The notes under the pieces are model-generated. The model did not search any database. It was not told where the DNA came from and was given only the letters and a program-made list of their open reading frames with translations. Shown in pieces: positions 1 to 9,415 of a stretch of DNA of 64,000 nt. Position 1 is the stretch's first letter. Each line of letters begins with the position of its first letter. Origin of the DNA: an archaeon (GTDB taxonomy: Archaea > Undinarchaeota > CAZHTU01 > JBDRCC01). A program made the position numbers and the translations under genes. The stretch covers positions 19,332 through 83,331 of the forward strand of contig JBDRCC010000001.1 in NCBI GenBank assembly GCA_043822065.1, written 5' to 3'.

Positions 1-1126
1 CACCAGAACCCCCTACATTGTGTGTCATGCCGATTTCAGCTTCCCCGACCTGCCTCTTTCCTGCCTGGTTGAGGAGCTGCTCCTTAATCTCGAGCACCTG
101 CGCGATTCCTGTCGCGCCTACTGGGTGGCCCTTTGACTTGAGCCCGCCGGATGAGTTTATTGCGATTTTGCCGTCAAGCGCGGTTTCGCCCTCGAGCGCC
201 GCCCTTCCGCCCTCGCCATTCTCAAAGAAGCCGAGGTCTTCGGTGGCGATTATTTCCGCTATTGAGAAGCAGTCATGGACTTCAGCCAGGTCTATGTCTT
301 TCGGATGAAGCCCTGCCTGCGTGTAAGCCTGCTTTGACGCGTAGATTGCTGCATTCAGGCTGGTCATTGTGGGCCTCCCGTGCAGTGCGATTGTGTCGGT
401 TGCGTGGCCAGAGCCCAATATCCAGACCGGAGAGTCGGAGAGCTCCTTCGCCTTTTTCTCGCTGGCGAGTATTACCGCCGCGCCGCCGTCTGAAAGGGGT
501 GAGCAGTGCAGAAGCCTGAGCGGGTCTGCTACCATAGCGGAACGTAGGACTGCATCAATGCTGACCTCGTACCTGAACTGGGCATGGGGATTCATTGTGC
601 CGTTGTGGTGGCTTTTCGAGGATACTGCTGAGAGCATCTCCTCTGTGGTGCCATATTTGTTCATGTGCGCCCTTGCCATCATGGCGTAGACGCCTGGGAA
701 AGTCAGCCCGTAGAATGACTCCCATTCCTGGTCGGCTGCCGTCGCAAGGACCTGGGTTGCAGTCTCGGCACTGACATCTGTCATCTTTTCGACCCCGCCG
801 ACGACCACAATGTCGTGCATCCCGCTTGCGATGTCCAGGTATGCCTGCCTGAGGGCAAGCCCGCCTGATGCGCATGCTGATTCGACTCTGACAGAAGGGA
901 CTGGCTGGAGGCATGTCGTGTCTGCGAGGAGCGACGCCAGGTGCTCCTGCTTGACGAAGTTTCCGCCGGACATGTTGCCGCCGTACAGCGCCTCAATGTC
1001 CCTTGTGGTCACGCCAGCGTCCCTCATTGCAAGGACGCCTGCCTCGACGATGAGGTCCCTGAGCGACTTGTCCCAAAGTTCGCCGAACTTCGTCATTCCA
1101 GTGCCAATTACTGCTACCTTGTTCAT
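1..1126 (-). CDS. Acetyl-CoA acetyltransferase (archaeal thiolase), 3' end runs off window
   Basis: Not in ORF track. Manual translation from ATG at 1126: MNKVAVIGTGMTKFGELWDK...VESACASGG...GLKSKGHPVGATG...THNVGGSG. Start overlaps the HMG-CoA synthase stop (ATGA). Confidence 0.93.
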   Translation of the reverse strand, partial: MNKVAVIGTGMTKFGELWDKSLRDLIVEAGVLAMRDAGVTTRDIEALYGGNMSGGNFVKQEHLASLLADTTCLQPVPSVRVESACASGGLALRQAYLDIASGMHDIVVVGGVEKMTDVSAETATQVLATAADQEWESFYGLTFPGVYAMMARAHMNKYGTTEEMLSAVSSKSHHNGTMNPHAQFRYEVSIDAVLRSAMVADPLRLLHCSPLSDGGAAVILASEKKAKELSDSPVWILGSGHATDTIALHGRPTMTSLNAAIYASKQAYTQAGLHPKDIDLAEVHDCFSIAEIIATEDLGFFENGEGGRAALEGETALDGKIAINSSGGLKSKGHPVGATGIAQVLEIKEQLLNQAGKRQVGEAEIGMTHNVGGSG

Positions 1127-2166
1127 TCGAGCTTGAACTTCCCCCTCATTTTTGCATACTGAGTGTAATTGATGTATTCCTTGCGGTCGATATAGTACTG
1201 TGTAGTCGGGGCGAGCTTCTGTGCCGCCTTGAGGTGCTTTGTCGTCTTTATGTAGAACGAGTCGCTCCCTGCGCCTGAGCCGTAGGACGTCATCAGGATT
1301 GTCTGGTTTGCGTCTGCCTTGTCAAGGACGTGCGAAAGCGCGAGCGGGGAGCAGCCGGAGTATGTGTTTCCAACGTCCTGCACTATCATCCCTGGGAGGT
1401 ACTGCTCTTCGGTGAAGCCGAGCTTTTCAGCGGCTCTCCGCGGGAACTTACCGTTCGGCTGGTGGAAGACGACGTAATCGAAATCCTTCGGCTTCTTGCC
1501 TATTTTTTGGAGAAGCGCCTCGGTGCAGCTGCAGACGTGCTTGAAGTAAGCCGGGTCGCCCGTGAACCTCCCACCGTGGGATGGGTATGGCGCGCCTTCC
1601 CGCCTCCAAAAGTCCGGAGTGTCGGTAGTGTATGAATGGAATGCCTTTATCTCGGCCAGGACTTTCTTCTTGCCGATGAGGTACGCCGCGCCGCCGCTTG
1701 CGGTGGTGTATTCCAGCGCATCGCCAGGGGCGCCTTGGGCGGTGTCAGCGCCGATTGCAAGGCCGTAGTCCATATAGCCGCCAGCAACGAGGCCGAGGCA
1801 GGTCTGGATTGCTGTCGTGCCCGCCTTGCATGCGAATTCAAAGTCAGCCGCAGTCAGGTGCGGGGTCGAGCCGAGCGCCTGCGCAACTATTCCTGCAGAA
1901 GGCTTTACGGCATACGGGTGGGATTCCGAGCCAACGAAGACTGCTCCGATTGCCGTCCGAGGGATCTGGGCCCTTGCGAAGGCGTTCTTCGCAGCCTGGA
2001 CTGAGATTGTGACTGTGTCCTCGTCCACGGAGGCGACCGACTTCTCCCGTATTAGGAGGCCTGCCTTGACAGATTCGGCATTGCCGCCCCATACCGCGGC
2101 AATCTCTTCGGCTTTTATCCTAAAACGTGGGACATAAGCCCCATAACCAACTATACCTATGCTCAT
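1123..2166 (-). CDS. Hydroxymethylglutaryl-CoA synthase (archaeal type)
   Basis: GSESHPYAVKP, FACKAGT (catalytic Cys), FHQPNGKFP, GNTYSG, SYGSGAGSD; coupled to thiolase. Confidence 0.95.
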   Translation of the reverse strand: MSIGIVGYGAYVPRFRIKAEEIAAVWGGNAESVKAGLLIREKSVASVDEDTVTISVQAAKNAFARAQIPRTAIGAVFVGSESHPYAVKPSAGIVAQALGSTPHLTAADFEFACKAGTTAIQTCLGLVAGGYMDYGLAIGADTAQGAPGDALEYTTASGGAAYLIGKKKVLAEIKAFHSYTTDTPDFWRREGAPYPSHGGRFTGDPAYFKHVCSCTEALLQKIGKKPKDFDYVVFHQPNGKFPRRAAEKLGFTEEQYLPGMIVQDVGNTYSGCSPLALSHVLDKADANQTILMTSYGSGAGSDSFYIKTTKHLKAAQKLAPTTQYYIDRKEYINYTQYAKMRGKFKLE

Positions 2167-2305
2167 GGAGAGAACTCAATAGTAAGGAGGGGTTTATATG
2201 TATTGTGGATGCCGATTCGAGTAGCGTATGTAGCGCACCGCATTTGCCAAAAGGGAGCAGACCAAAAGGTTTTAATTCCGTTTGACTAATCAACTTAGCA
2301 CCTAT

Positions 2306-2380
2306 GGGGCCGTAGGGTAGCCTGGTCCATCCTTCGGCGTTCGGGACGCCGAGACCCCAATTCAAATTTGGGCGGCCCCA
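2306..2380 (+). tRNA. tRNA-Pro(CGG)
   Basis: Acceptor GGGGCCG/CGGCCCC, anticodon arm CGGCG-TTCGGGA-CGCCG, T-loop TTCAAAT; CCA not encoded. Confidence 0.93.
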
Positions 2381-2473
2381 TTTTTGTTTATCTTAGCCAA
2401 GCTGAAGCGCTCTTAAGAATAGAAGGGGGCCGCCTTTCGACAGCCCCATGGGTTTGTTGGGTTTTTGGTTTTT

Positions 2474-3157
2474 TTATGTTGGGTTTTTTGTTTTCCTGCA
2501 CGTGGCCGCTGTACTACTAACAAGCTCGTAGGCCCTATGTGCATCTGATTTGCTTAGAATGAGAAGGATTTCATTGGGGGTGGAAATTACCTCCTCAACT
2601 GAGATTCCGGACCGCTCCAGAATCCCAAACAGATAGTAGTACAGGCCTGGTGTTTCCGCTCCTGGGAGCGAAGTTCTGATAGAAAGAGCGTGAACGTCCG
2701 TCTGGTAGTAGAGGATGCCGGGGCGGAGCTGGTCCTTGAGCCGTTCGGCTATTTGCTGGTCGGCGATTACTCCGGTCTCGACCTGCCCTTGGACCAGGTA
2801 CATTGTTTCGCCCTCCGCCCAGCGGACATCCTGCAGTTGGGTGTTCAGCACGGTAAGGGAATTGGGGTTTTTCTTGAGCGTTATCCTGACGAGCCCGCCC
2901 TTGAGGGAGAATGCCGAGCCGGCAAGGGCTTTGAGAATGTTTTCGCCGTATGGCTCTTTTTCTATGCCTTCAGCATACCTGCGTATTGCAATGACTATTG
3001 CCTCCATCGAGCAGCCCTTTATCTGGGCGCGGACTTCAGGGTAGAGCTTCCTTGCCAAGGCTGAGTGGTTAATTATGTCTTCCTTCAGCCCATCAACAAG
3101 AAACGGCTTTGCTTCTATCAGTTCTCTCACCAGGTCAGATACCTTTGATTTTTTCAT
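2474..3157 (-). CDS. ACT-domain putative transcriptional regulator (N-terminal HTH-like region)
   Basis: N-terminal INHSALARKL...AIVIAIRRY; C-terminal ACT-like TPGLYYYLFGILERSGISVEEVIST. Confidence 0.7.
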   Translation of the reverse strand: MKKSKVSDLVRELIEAKPFLVDGLKEDIINHSALARKLYPEVRAQIKGCSMEAIVIAIRRYAEGIEKEPYGENILKALAGSAFSLKGGLVRITLKKNPNSLTVLNTQLQDVRWAEGETMYLVQGQVETGVIADQQIAERLKDQLRPGILYYQTDVHALSIRTSLPGAETPGLYYYLFGILERSGISVEEVISTPNEILLILSKSDAHRAYELVSSTAATCRKTKNPT

Positions 3158-3404
3158 TCCTCAGGTTTGTCTAATTTTAGACTTATTGAATGATTTGTTT
3201 AGTGAAAAAGGTAGGAAGTATATAAAATAGTAGGGTTTGTTTGAATATTATGAGCGGATATCCGGCTTTAATCCAAACAAATAGTATAGTATTATACATA
3301 ATTTATGTAATAAATACTATTGTGCACGCATTCGATAGTTAGCAGTATCCGAGAAAATTATATACCACTAGGTTTTAAGGGCAGGCAGGAAAGATGGAGT
3401 TGGG

Positions 3405-4874
3405 GTGAATTTAATGGATTACAAGATGTACATTAACGGCGAGTGGGTCGAGAGCGCGTCAGGCAAGACTTTTGAGAGCGTAAATCCCGCCAATAAAAAA
3501 TCACTTGGCACATTCCAGAAGGGAACTAAAGAAGATGTCAATGCCGCGATTGACGCGGCAGAGGGCGCATTTGAAAAATGGAGCTCCACCCCGGCGCCGA
3601 GGCGCGGCGAGATACTGTTCAAGGTCGCAGAAATTCTGAAGAGACGGAAAGAGGAGCTGTCCAAGCTCGTGACCATCGAGATGGGGAAGGCCATCAAGGA
3701 GGGCAGGGGCGACGTGCAGGAGGCAATTGACACTGCAGAGTACTTCGCAGGCGAGGGACGGCGGCTGTTCGGGCACACCACGCCGTCAGAGCTGCCGGAC
3801 AAGTTCGCGATGACTATAAGGCAGCCAGTCGGGGTCATGGGGCTGATTACGCCGTGGAACTTCCCGATTGCTATTCCATCATGGAAGGTACTGCCTGCAC
3901 TGATTTGCGGCAACACCATGGTGTTAAAGCCGGCGAGCGACACGCCGCTGTGCGCGACAAAGTTCGTCGAAGTTCTCGCGGAGGCTGGCGTGCCCAAGGG
4001 CGTGGTAAACATGGTCACGGGCTCCGGCGGCGAAGTCGGCGACCCGATTGTTGAGAGCAAAAAGATTAGGGGGATATCATTCACGGGCTCGCACGAGGTT
4101 GGCGAAGCCATCACAAGGAAGATTGGAATACGGAAGCTCGGGCTTGAGCTCGGCGGGAAGAACGCGATAATAGTAATGGACGACGCAAAGCTCGACCTTG
4201 TGGTCGAAGGCATAATATGGGGCGGATACGGGACGACAGGGCAGAGATGCACCGCCGCGAGCAGGGTCATAGTCCACGAGAAGGTAAAGGGCAGGCTGGA
4301 AAAGATGCTCGTTGAGAGGATTTCGAAGCTCAGGCTCGGAGACGGGCTTGACCTGAAGACTGATGTCGGCCCGCTGGTGAATGAGAAAGCGGCCCAGAAG
4401 ACCCACAAGTACACAGAGATAGCGGGCAAGGAGGGCGCAAAGCTCCTGATAGGCGCAGAGTTCGGGCCGAAGACTGGATTCTTCTACAAGCCGACGCTGT
4501 ACTCCGACTGCACCTGTGACATGAAGTGCTGCCAGGAGGAGATATTCGGGCCTTTTGTCTCGATGATACCTGTCAAGGGGCTTGGCGAAGCCATAGAGGT
4601 TTGCAACAACATCGAGTACGGGCTGAGCTCGTCGATATACACTGAGAATATGAGGAACGCGTTCAAGGCGATTTACGGTATAGAGGCTGGAATAACCTAC
4701 ATCAACTCATCGACAATCGGCGCGGAAGCCCACCTTCCGTTCGGCGGGGTCAAGGGCACTGGCAACGGCACAAGGGAAGCCGGGATTGAGGGGATACACG
4801 AGTTTTCCGAGACGAAAACTGTGTACTTTGATTATTCTGGCAAACTACAAAAAGCCCAGATTGATGTAGACTAA
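3405..4874 (+). CDS. NAD(P)-dependent aldehyde dehydrogenase
   Basis: ITPWNFP, FTGS, LELGGKN, GQRCTA (catalytic Cys), EEIFGP, PFGG motifs. Confidence 0.95.
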   Translation: MNLMDYKMYINGEWVESASGKTFESVNPANKKSLGTFQKGTKEDVNAAIDAAEGAFEKWSSTPAPRRGEILFKVAEILKRRKEELSKLVTIEMGKAIKEGRGDVQEAIDTAEYFAGEGRRLFGHTTPSELPDKFAMTIRQPVGVMGLITPWNFPIAIPSWKVLPALICGNTMVLKPASDTPLCATKFVEVLAEAGVPKGVVNMVTGSGGEVGDPIVESKKIRGISFTGSHEVGEAITRKIGIRKLGLELGGKNAIIVMDDAKLDLVVEGIIWGGYGTTGQRCTAASRVIVHEKVKGRLEKMLVERISKLRLGDGLDLKTDVGPLVNEKAAQKTHKYTEIAGKEGAKLLIGAEFGPKTGFFYKPTLYSDCTCDMKCCQEEIFGPFVSMIPVKGLGEAIEVCNNIEYGLSSSIYTENMRNAFKAIYGIEAGITYINSSTIGAEAHLPFGGVKGTGNGTREAGIEGIHEFSETKTVYFDYSGKLQKAQIDVD

Positions 4875-4877
4875 GCC

Positions 4878-5783
4878 ATGGGCGTGCTTGCGGGATTTGC
4901 AGGAGTTTGGGCTCTGATTGCCTTAGGGAAGATTGTCCAGCTAAAGGGGATACTGAACGAGGACGCTGCGAAGCAGATTAACGTTTTTGTCCTGATGGTC
5001 GCGATGCCTGCGCTAAGCTTCGAGGCGATGTACAATATTGAAAGCTTCACAGGGCTTTACTGGCTTCCGGTTGGCGGGCTGCTTGTGGCGCTTGTAGTTA
5101 CTGCGATTGCGTTCCCTGCAGCCAAGATGATGAAGCTTAAGAAGCAGGAGACGGGAAGCTTTGTGATAAGCAGCCTTCTGCCGAATGTCGGATTCCTCGG
5201 CCTGCCGATTATGGCAGCCTTCTTTGGGCAGGCAGGGGTTGAGGCGGCTGTCGTGTACATAATCTCGTTCAACATTCTTTCGCCGACGGTTGTGAATTAC
5301 ATTTCCGAGTGCTATGGCGGGGCATGCCCTGCGAGCGGAAAGCAGATGCTCAAGAAAGTCCTGCTGTTCCCGCTTTTTATCGCATTCATCCTTGGGATAG
5401 CCTTCAACTTTTCAGGCATCGCCCTCCCTGAGATTCTAATGACACTCGTTGGCGATGTTGGAAGCATAACCATCCCGCTGATTCTGGTTTCCATCGGCGT
5501 CCTGCTGAAGATGGAAAAGGCTGACGCGTTCAAGGCGGTCGGGGCGATAGGCGCCCTCAGATTCATTGTTGCGCCGCTGGTTGCTTACGCCTTCGGGGTT
5601 TCGGTTGGGCTTTCGGGAGTCATACTTGCGGTGCTGGTACTGGAGAGCGCGATGCCGCCTGCGATTGCAAACCTGTCGTACAGCATAGAACGGAAACTTG
5701 ACGTCAAGCTGACGCTCAATGCGATATTCTACCTGACCCTCGCGAGCATGGTTGCCCTGCCAGTCATTGCATGGCTGCTGTAG
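4878..5783 (+). CDS. AEC (auxin efflux carrier) family permease
   Basis: About 10 hydrophobic helices; PNVGFLGLP and SAMPPA motifs. Confidence 0.85.
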   Translation: MGVLAGFAGVWALIALGKIVQLKGILNEDAAKQINVFVLMVAMPALSFEAMYNIESFTGLYWLPVGGLLVALVVTAIAFPAAKMMKLKKQETGSFVISSLLPNVGFLGLPIMAAFFGQAGVEAAVVYIISFNILSPTVVNYISECYGGACPASGKQMLKKVLLFPLFIAFILGIAFNFSGIALPEILMTLVGDVGSITIPLILVSIGVLLKMEKADAFKAVGAIGALRFIVAPLVAYAFGVSVGLSGVILAVLVLESAMPPAIANLSYSIERKLDVKLTLNAIFYLTLASMVALPVIAWLL

Positions 5784-5827
5784 GCGGCTGCTAAATTATT
5801 TAAATACAAATTATATCTTGGGTAGGC

Positions 5828-6460
5828 ATGTACGCAGAGTTCCTCAAGGTGTTTCTGGCGATATTCGTAATAGTTAACCCCATAGGCATACTGCCAAGGT
5901 TCATCGCGCTCACTGCGGGCCAGAAGAAGAGCGAGATATTGAGGACCACAAGGGTTTCAGTATTCATCGGGTGCGCCCTGCTCATCCTATTCGCACTTGC
6001 TGGCAAGTACATACTTTCGTTCTACGGAATAACCACTGACGGGCTGAGGATAGCCGGCGGAGTCCTGCTTTTTGCTGTTGCTTTCGAGATGGTCTTCAAG
6101 GGAGTGCCCAGGACCAAGCACCATCCGGAGGGCGTAGTGTTCAAGGCGACCGACGACGTCGCCGTTTTCCCGCTGGCGATGCCGATGCTCACTGGCCCGG
6201 GCGCGATTACCACGGTCATAATACTGATGCAGGGGCAGATCGGATACGCCGGGTATTCAAGCATAATTGCGGCGATTCTCCTGACTTATGCAATAGCGTT
6301 CTTCCTGTTCAGCTTTTCAGAGCCGGTGCACCGCCTCCTGGGAGAAACTGGCACGAACGTACTGACCAAGGTTTTCGGCATCCTGATGGCTGCGATATCA
6401 GTCGAATACATAGCGACCGGCGTCCAGAACAAGGCGCTTGCCCTGATGAGCCGCTGCTGA
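5828..6460 (+). CDS. MarC family membrane protein
   Basis: IVNPIG, LRIAGGVLL, FPLAMPMLTGPGAIT motifs. Confidence 0.92.
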   Translation: MYAEFLKVFLAIFVIVNPIGILPRFIALTAGQKKSEILRTTRVSVFIGCALLILFALAGKYILSFYGITTDGLRIAGGVLLFAVAFEMVFKGVPRTKHHPEGVVFKATDDVAVFPLAMPMLTGPGAITTVIILMQGQIGYAGYSSIIAAILLTYAIAFFLFSFSEPVHRLLGETGTNVLTKVFGILMAAISVEYIATGVQNKALALMSRC

Positions 6461-6512
6461 GAGCTGGGAAATTGTTTTAAGGTTAGACCTACTAATTCAA
6501 AGGGTGCCTGAT

Positions 6513-6586
6513 GCCCGGATGGGGTAGTCTGGATATCCTGACGGCTTGCGGAGCCGTTGACCCGAGTTCAAATCTCGGCCCGGGCA
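6513..6586 (+). tRNA. tRNA-Arg(GCG)
   Basis: Anticodon arm ACGGC-TTGCGGA-GCCGT, T arm CCGAG-TTCAAAT-CTCGG, acceptor GCCCGGA/CCCGGGC (one A.C mismatch); lies directly upstream of argS. Confidence 0.9.
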
Positions 6587-6618
6587 CTTATTTAAAAATA
6601 GGGGAGTTTAGGGAAATC

Positions 6619-8316
6619 ATGTGGGATGACTTCAAAGCCGAGGTAAAGAAAGAGGTAAATTTTGCGCTTAAGGAGCTCGACGCGAGCCTGTCAATTGACT
6701 CGTTTGAGCAGCCGCCGGGAGGCTTCGGCGACCTCAGCACGACGGCGCCGCTCGTCCTTGCCAAAGAGCTCGGCAGGAAGCCGCGGGACATCGCAAAGGA
6801 TATGCTTGACATAATCTCGACCAGGAAACACAAGCTTATTTCAAAGGTTGAGGTTGCTGGGCCCGGGTATTTGAATTTCTATTTAGATTATGACAAGTCC
6901 GCAGGCGTGCTAATTGCGGATGTCCTGAAGAAAAAGGACAACTACGGCAAGAGCGCAGTTGGAAAGAAAAAGAAGACGCTTGTCGAACACACTTCGGCAA
7001 ACCCAGACGGTCCTCTGCACGTCGGGCATTTTAGGAACTCTGTCATCGGCGACTGCCTTGCCAGGCTGCTGAATTTTGGGGGATATGACGCGTCCACCGA
7101 GTTTTACGTTAATGACGGCGGAAGGCAGATGGGAGTCTGCCTCTGGTCGTATATGAATTTCCACGCAGGGGAGAAGCCTGACGGAAAGAAGGACCACTGG
7201 GTTGCCAAGGTCTATATTGACGGGAACAAGAGGCTTGAGGGAAATGAGGAAGGGGAAAAGCAGGTTGCGCAGCTCCTTTTGGATTATGCCGCAGGAAAGC
7301 ACCAGGAAACCTGGAGCAAGGTAGTCGACTGGTGCCTTGAGGGGCACAAGCAGACGCTTGAGGGGCTTGGGATATCCGTAGACGCTTACCACAAGGAAAG
7401 CCGTGAGGTGTGGGACGGCTCCGTAAAAAAGATGATAAAGCTCGTGGAGAAGAGCAAGAATGCGCTGAAGGATGGGGAGCTCCTCGGAATGGACCTGAAG
7501 GAGCACGGCTTCGAAAAGGAGTTCCTGGTCAGGAGGTCGGACGGGACGATACTGTACGGCGCAAAGGACCTGGCGTATCATTTTTTCCATAAGGCTGGGC
7601 AGGCGGATTGGATGATAAATGTCCTCGGCTCAGACCACAAGCTGTATTACGGGCAGCTGAGGACGGCGCTGAACCTCCTTGGCGTAAAGCAGAAATTTGA
7701 CGTCGTGCACTACGAGTTCCTCACCCTGCCGGAAGGGCAGATGAGCACGCGGAGGGGGACATATATCGCGGTCGACGATCTAATCGCAGAGGCGCGGAAG
7801 AGGGCGCTTGCCGAAGTAAAGAAGAGGCGGAGCGACCTTTCGGAGAAGGAGATGCTCAAGATTGCGGACGGGGTCGCGGTCGGCGCGCTGAGGTACTCTA
7901 TAGCCTCGATTTCCCCGGAGAAGCCGATATTTTTCAAATGGGAGGACGCGCTGAACTTTGACAAGAGCTCCGCCCCCGCGCTCCAGTATACTTTTGCAAG
8001 GACGACGAGGATACTTGAAAAGTCGAAGGAGAAGCCGGACCCAAAGGTAAAGTCGCTTGAGGAAAGCGAAAAGATGCTCGTCAGGAAGATTGCAAGGTTC
8101 CAGGAGACTGTTGAAAAGGCGGCGAGCGAGCTCCGACCGCACGTAATCGCTAACTACGCCGACGAGCTGAACACGGCGTTCAAGGATTTTTACGCAAAGT
8201 GCCAGGTCATTGGCTCTGACAAGGAGGCGCAGCGGCTTGCAATAGTAAAGGCAGTCAACCAGGTAATGAAGAACTGCCTGAATATCCTGGGCATTGAGCC
8301 GCTGGCGGTGATGTAA
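6619..8316 (+). CDS. argS: Arginine--tRNA ligase
   Basis: VEHTSANPDGPLHVGHFRN (HIGH motif), MSTRRG, LQYTFAR, C-terminal anticodon-binding helices. Start moved to ATG 6619 because the upstream part of the track ORF is the tRNA. Confidence 0.95.
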   Translation: MWDDFKAEVKKEVNFALKELDASLSIDSFEQPPGGFGDLSTTAPLVLAKELGRKPRDIAKDMLDIISTRKHKLISKVEVAGPGYLNFYLDYDKSAGVLIADVLKKKDNYGKSAVGKKKKTLVEHTSANPDGPLHVGHFRNSVIGDCLARLLNFGGYDASTEFYVNDGGRQMGVCLWSYMNFHAGEKPDGKKDHWVAKVYIDGNKRLEGNEEGEKQVAQLLLDYAAGKHQETWSKVVDWCLEGHKQTLEGLGISVDAYHKESREVWDGSVKKMIKLVEKSKNALKDGELLGMDLKEHGFEKEFLVRRSDGTILYGAKDLAYHFFHKAGQADWMINVLGSDHKLYYGQLRTALNLLGVKQKFDVVHYEFLTLPEGQMSTRRGTYIAVDDLIAEARKRALAEVKKRRSDLSEKEMLKIADGVAVGALRYSIASISPEKPIFFKWEDALNFDKSSAPALQYTFARTTRILEKSKEKPDPKVKSLEESEKMLVRKIARFQETVEKAASELRPHVIANYADELNTAFKDFYAKCQVIGSDKEAQRLAIVKAVNQVMKNCLNILGIEPLAVM

Positions 8317-9183
8317 ATGATAGTCTCCTGCGGGCACACGGCTTACGACAATATCTTTCGGCTCAAGGTCCTTCCTGAGCTGAACGGCTCCTGCGTCGTC
8401 GACCAGTTTGGCAGGCACTTTGGCGGCGGCGGGGCAAACGTCGCAGTGGCACTGGCAAAGCTTGGACTGAAGGTGAAGCTGTTCTCAACCGCCGGAGAGG
8501 ACTTCACGGGGTCGGAATACGAGAAGTCGCTAATCAAGAGCAAGGTGGACATTGAGCACGTGACCATAGCCGACGAGAAGACTGCCGAAAGCTGGATGTA
8601 CTTCGACGAAATGCAGCGCTACAAATGCTTCTTTTACTGGGGCGCGTCAAGGTTTTTGCAGTACTTCAAGGTCCCGACGGACATACGGAAGCACGACTTC
8701 TTTTTCAACGCCCTTGACCCGCAGTTTGTCAGGGCGAACATAGGGCTTGTCAAGGGGAAAGTCGCGTTCGACCCGTCGTATGACATATACCTCTACACGA
8801 AGGAGGACTTCGCTAAGATACTGCCGAGGGTGGACTACCTTTTCCTCAACGAGCACGAGTACCCGATTGTTATGAAGAACAGCGGCCTGACGAAGAACAA
8901 GATACTAAGGAAAGTGGGCACAATGGTTGTCTCAAAAGGCTCCGCCGGCTGCGAGGTCCACACCGAGAGCCATGTCCGGATGGTCCCAACTCCGCCAGTC
9001 GACGTCGTTGACACAGTCGGCGCAGGCGACGCGCACCGAGCAGGCTTTATGGCCGGCATAGAGAAGGGCTACAGCGAAGTGGAAGCAGCCAAAATTGGAA
9101 ACTTCGTCGCGTCATTTTCCATACAGGAATTCGGGGCGCAGGCGCGGCTCCCCACGTGGGAAGAAGTCGAAAAGCTCCTTTAG
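8317..9183 (+). CDS. PfkB-family carbohydrate/nucleoside kinase
   Basis: GGGGANVA, NEHE, VDTVGAGDAHRAG signatures. Confidence 0.92.
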   Translation: MIVSCGHTAYDNIFRLKVLPELNGSCVVDQFGRHFGGGGANVAVALAKLGLKVKLFSTAGEDFTGSEYEKSLIKSKVDIEHVTIADEKTAESWMYFDEMQRYKCFFYWGASRFLQYFKVPTDIRKHDFFFNALDPQFVRANIGLVKGKVAFDPSYDIYLYTKEDFAKILPRVDYLFLNEHEYPIVMKNSGLTKNKILRKVGTMVVSKGSAGCEVHTESHVRMVPTPPVDVVDTVGAGDAHRAGFMAGIEKGYSEVEAAKIGNFVASFSIQEFGAQARLPTWEEVEKLL

Positions 9184-9235
9184 GCTACTGCCCCGCAGAA
9201 ACTAATTTAAGCCGGCTTAGTCTTATAGGTATTAC

Positions 9236-9312
9236 GGGCCTGTAGCGCAGACTGGAAGCGCGAGTGGCTTCGGACCACTAGGTCGGGGGTTCAAATCCCT
9301 CCAGGCCCGCCA
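9236..9312 (+). tRNA. tRNA-Arg(TCG), CCA encoded
   Basis: Acceptor GGGCCTG/CAGGCCC, anticodon arm AGTGG-CTTCGGA-CCACT, T-loop TTCAAAT, ends GCCA. Confidence 0.95.
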
Positions 9313-9402
9313 TAATATTTGTAGGTGGTTTTCTTTGGGGTAATGCATAGACCTTTCTTTTTCTAAAAGAAAGGGATTCGCTGAAAATCCCTCCAGGCCC
9401 GC
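9293..9402 (+). mobile_element. Miniature element bounded by an 18-bp direct repeat of the tRNA-Arg(TCG) 3' end
   Basis: AAATCCCTCCAGGCCCGC at 9293-9310 and 9385-9402; internal hairpin 9352-9374 related to the element at 18155-18275. Confidence 0.65.
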
Positions 9403-9415
9403 TTATTTTCAGTTT

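Noticed and set aside
18-1162. Several short overlapping ORFs in the track
   Set aside because: Shadows of the minus-strand thiolase, which the track missed because it runs off the window.
2120-2365. 81-aa minus ORF
   Set aside because: Antisense to tRNA-Pro and promoter DNA; no protein features.
3419-4429. Long antisense ORFs (also 17122-17982, 37885-38574, 49866-50498 and others)
   Set aside because: Mirror frames of well-supported genes, expected with GC-rich codon usage.
6511-6618. Apparent N-terminal extension of ArgS
   Set aside because: It is the tRNA-Arg(GCG) gene read in frame; the likely start is 6619.
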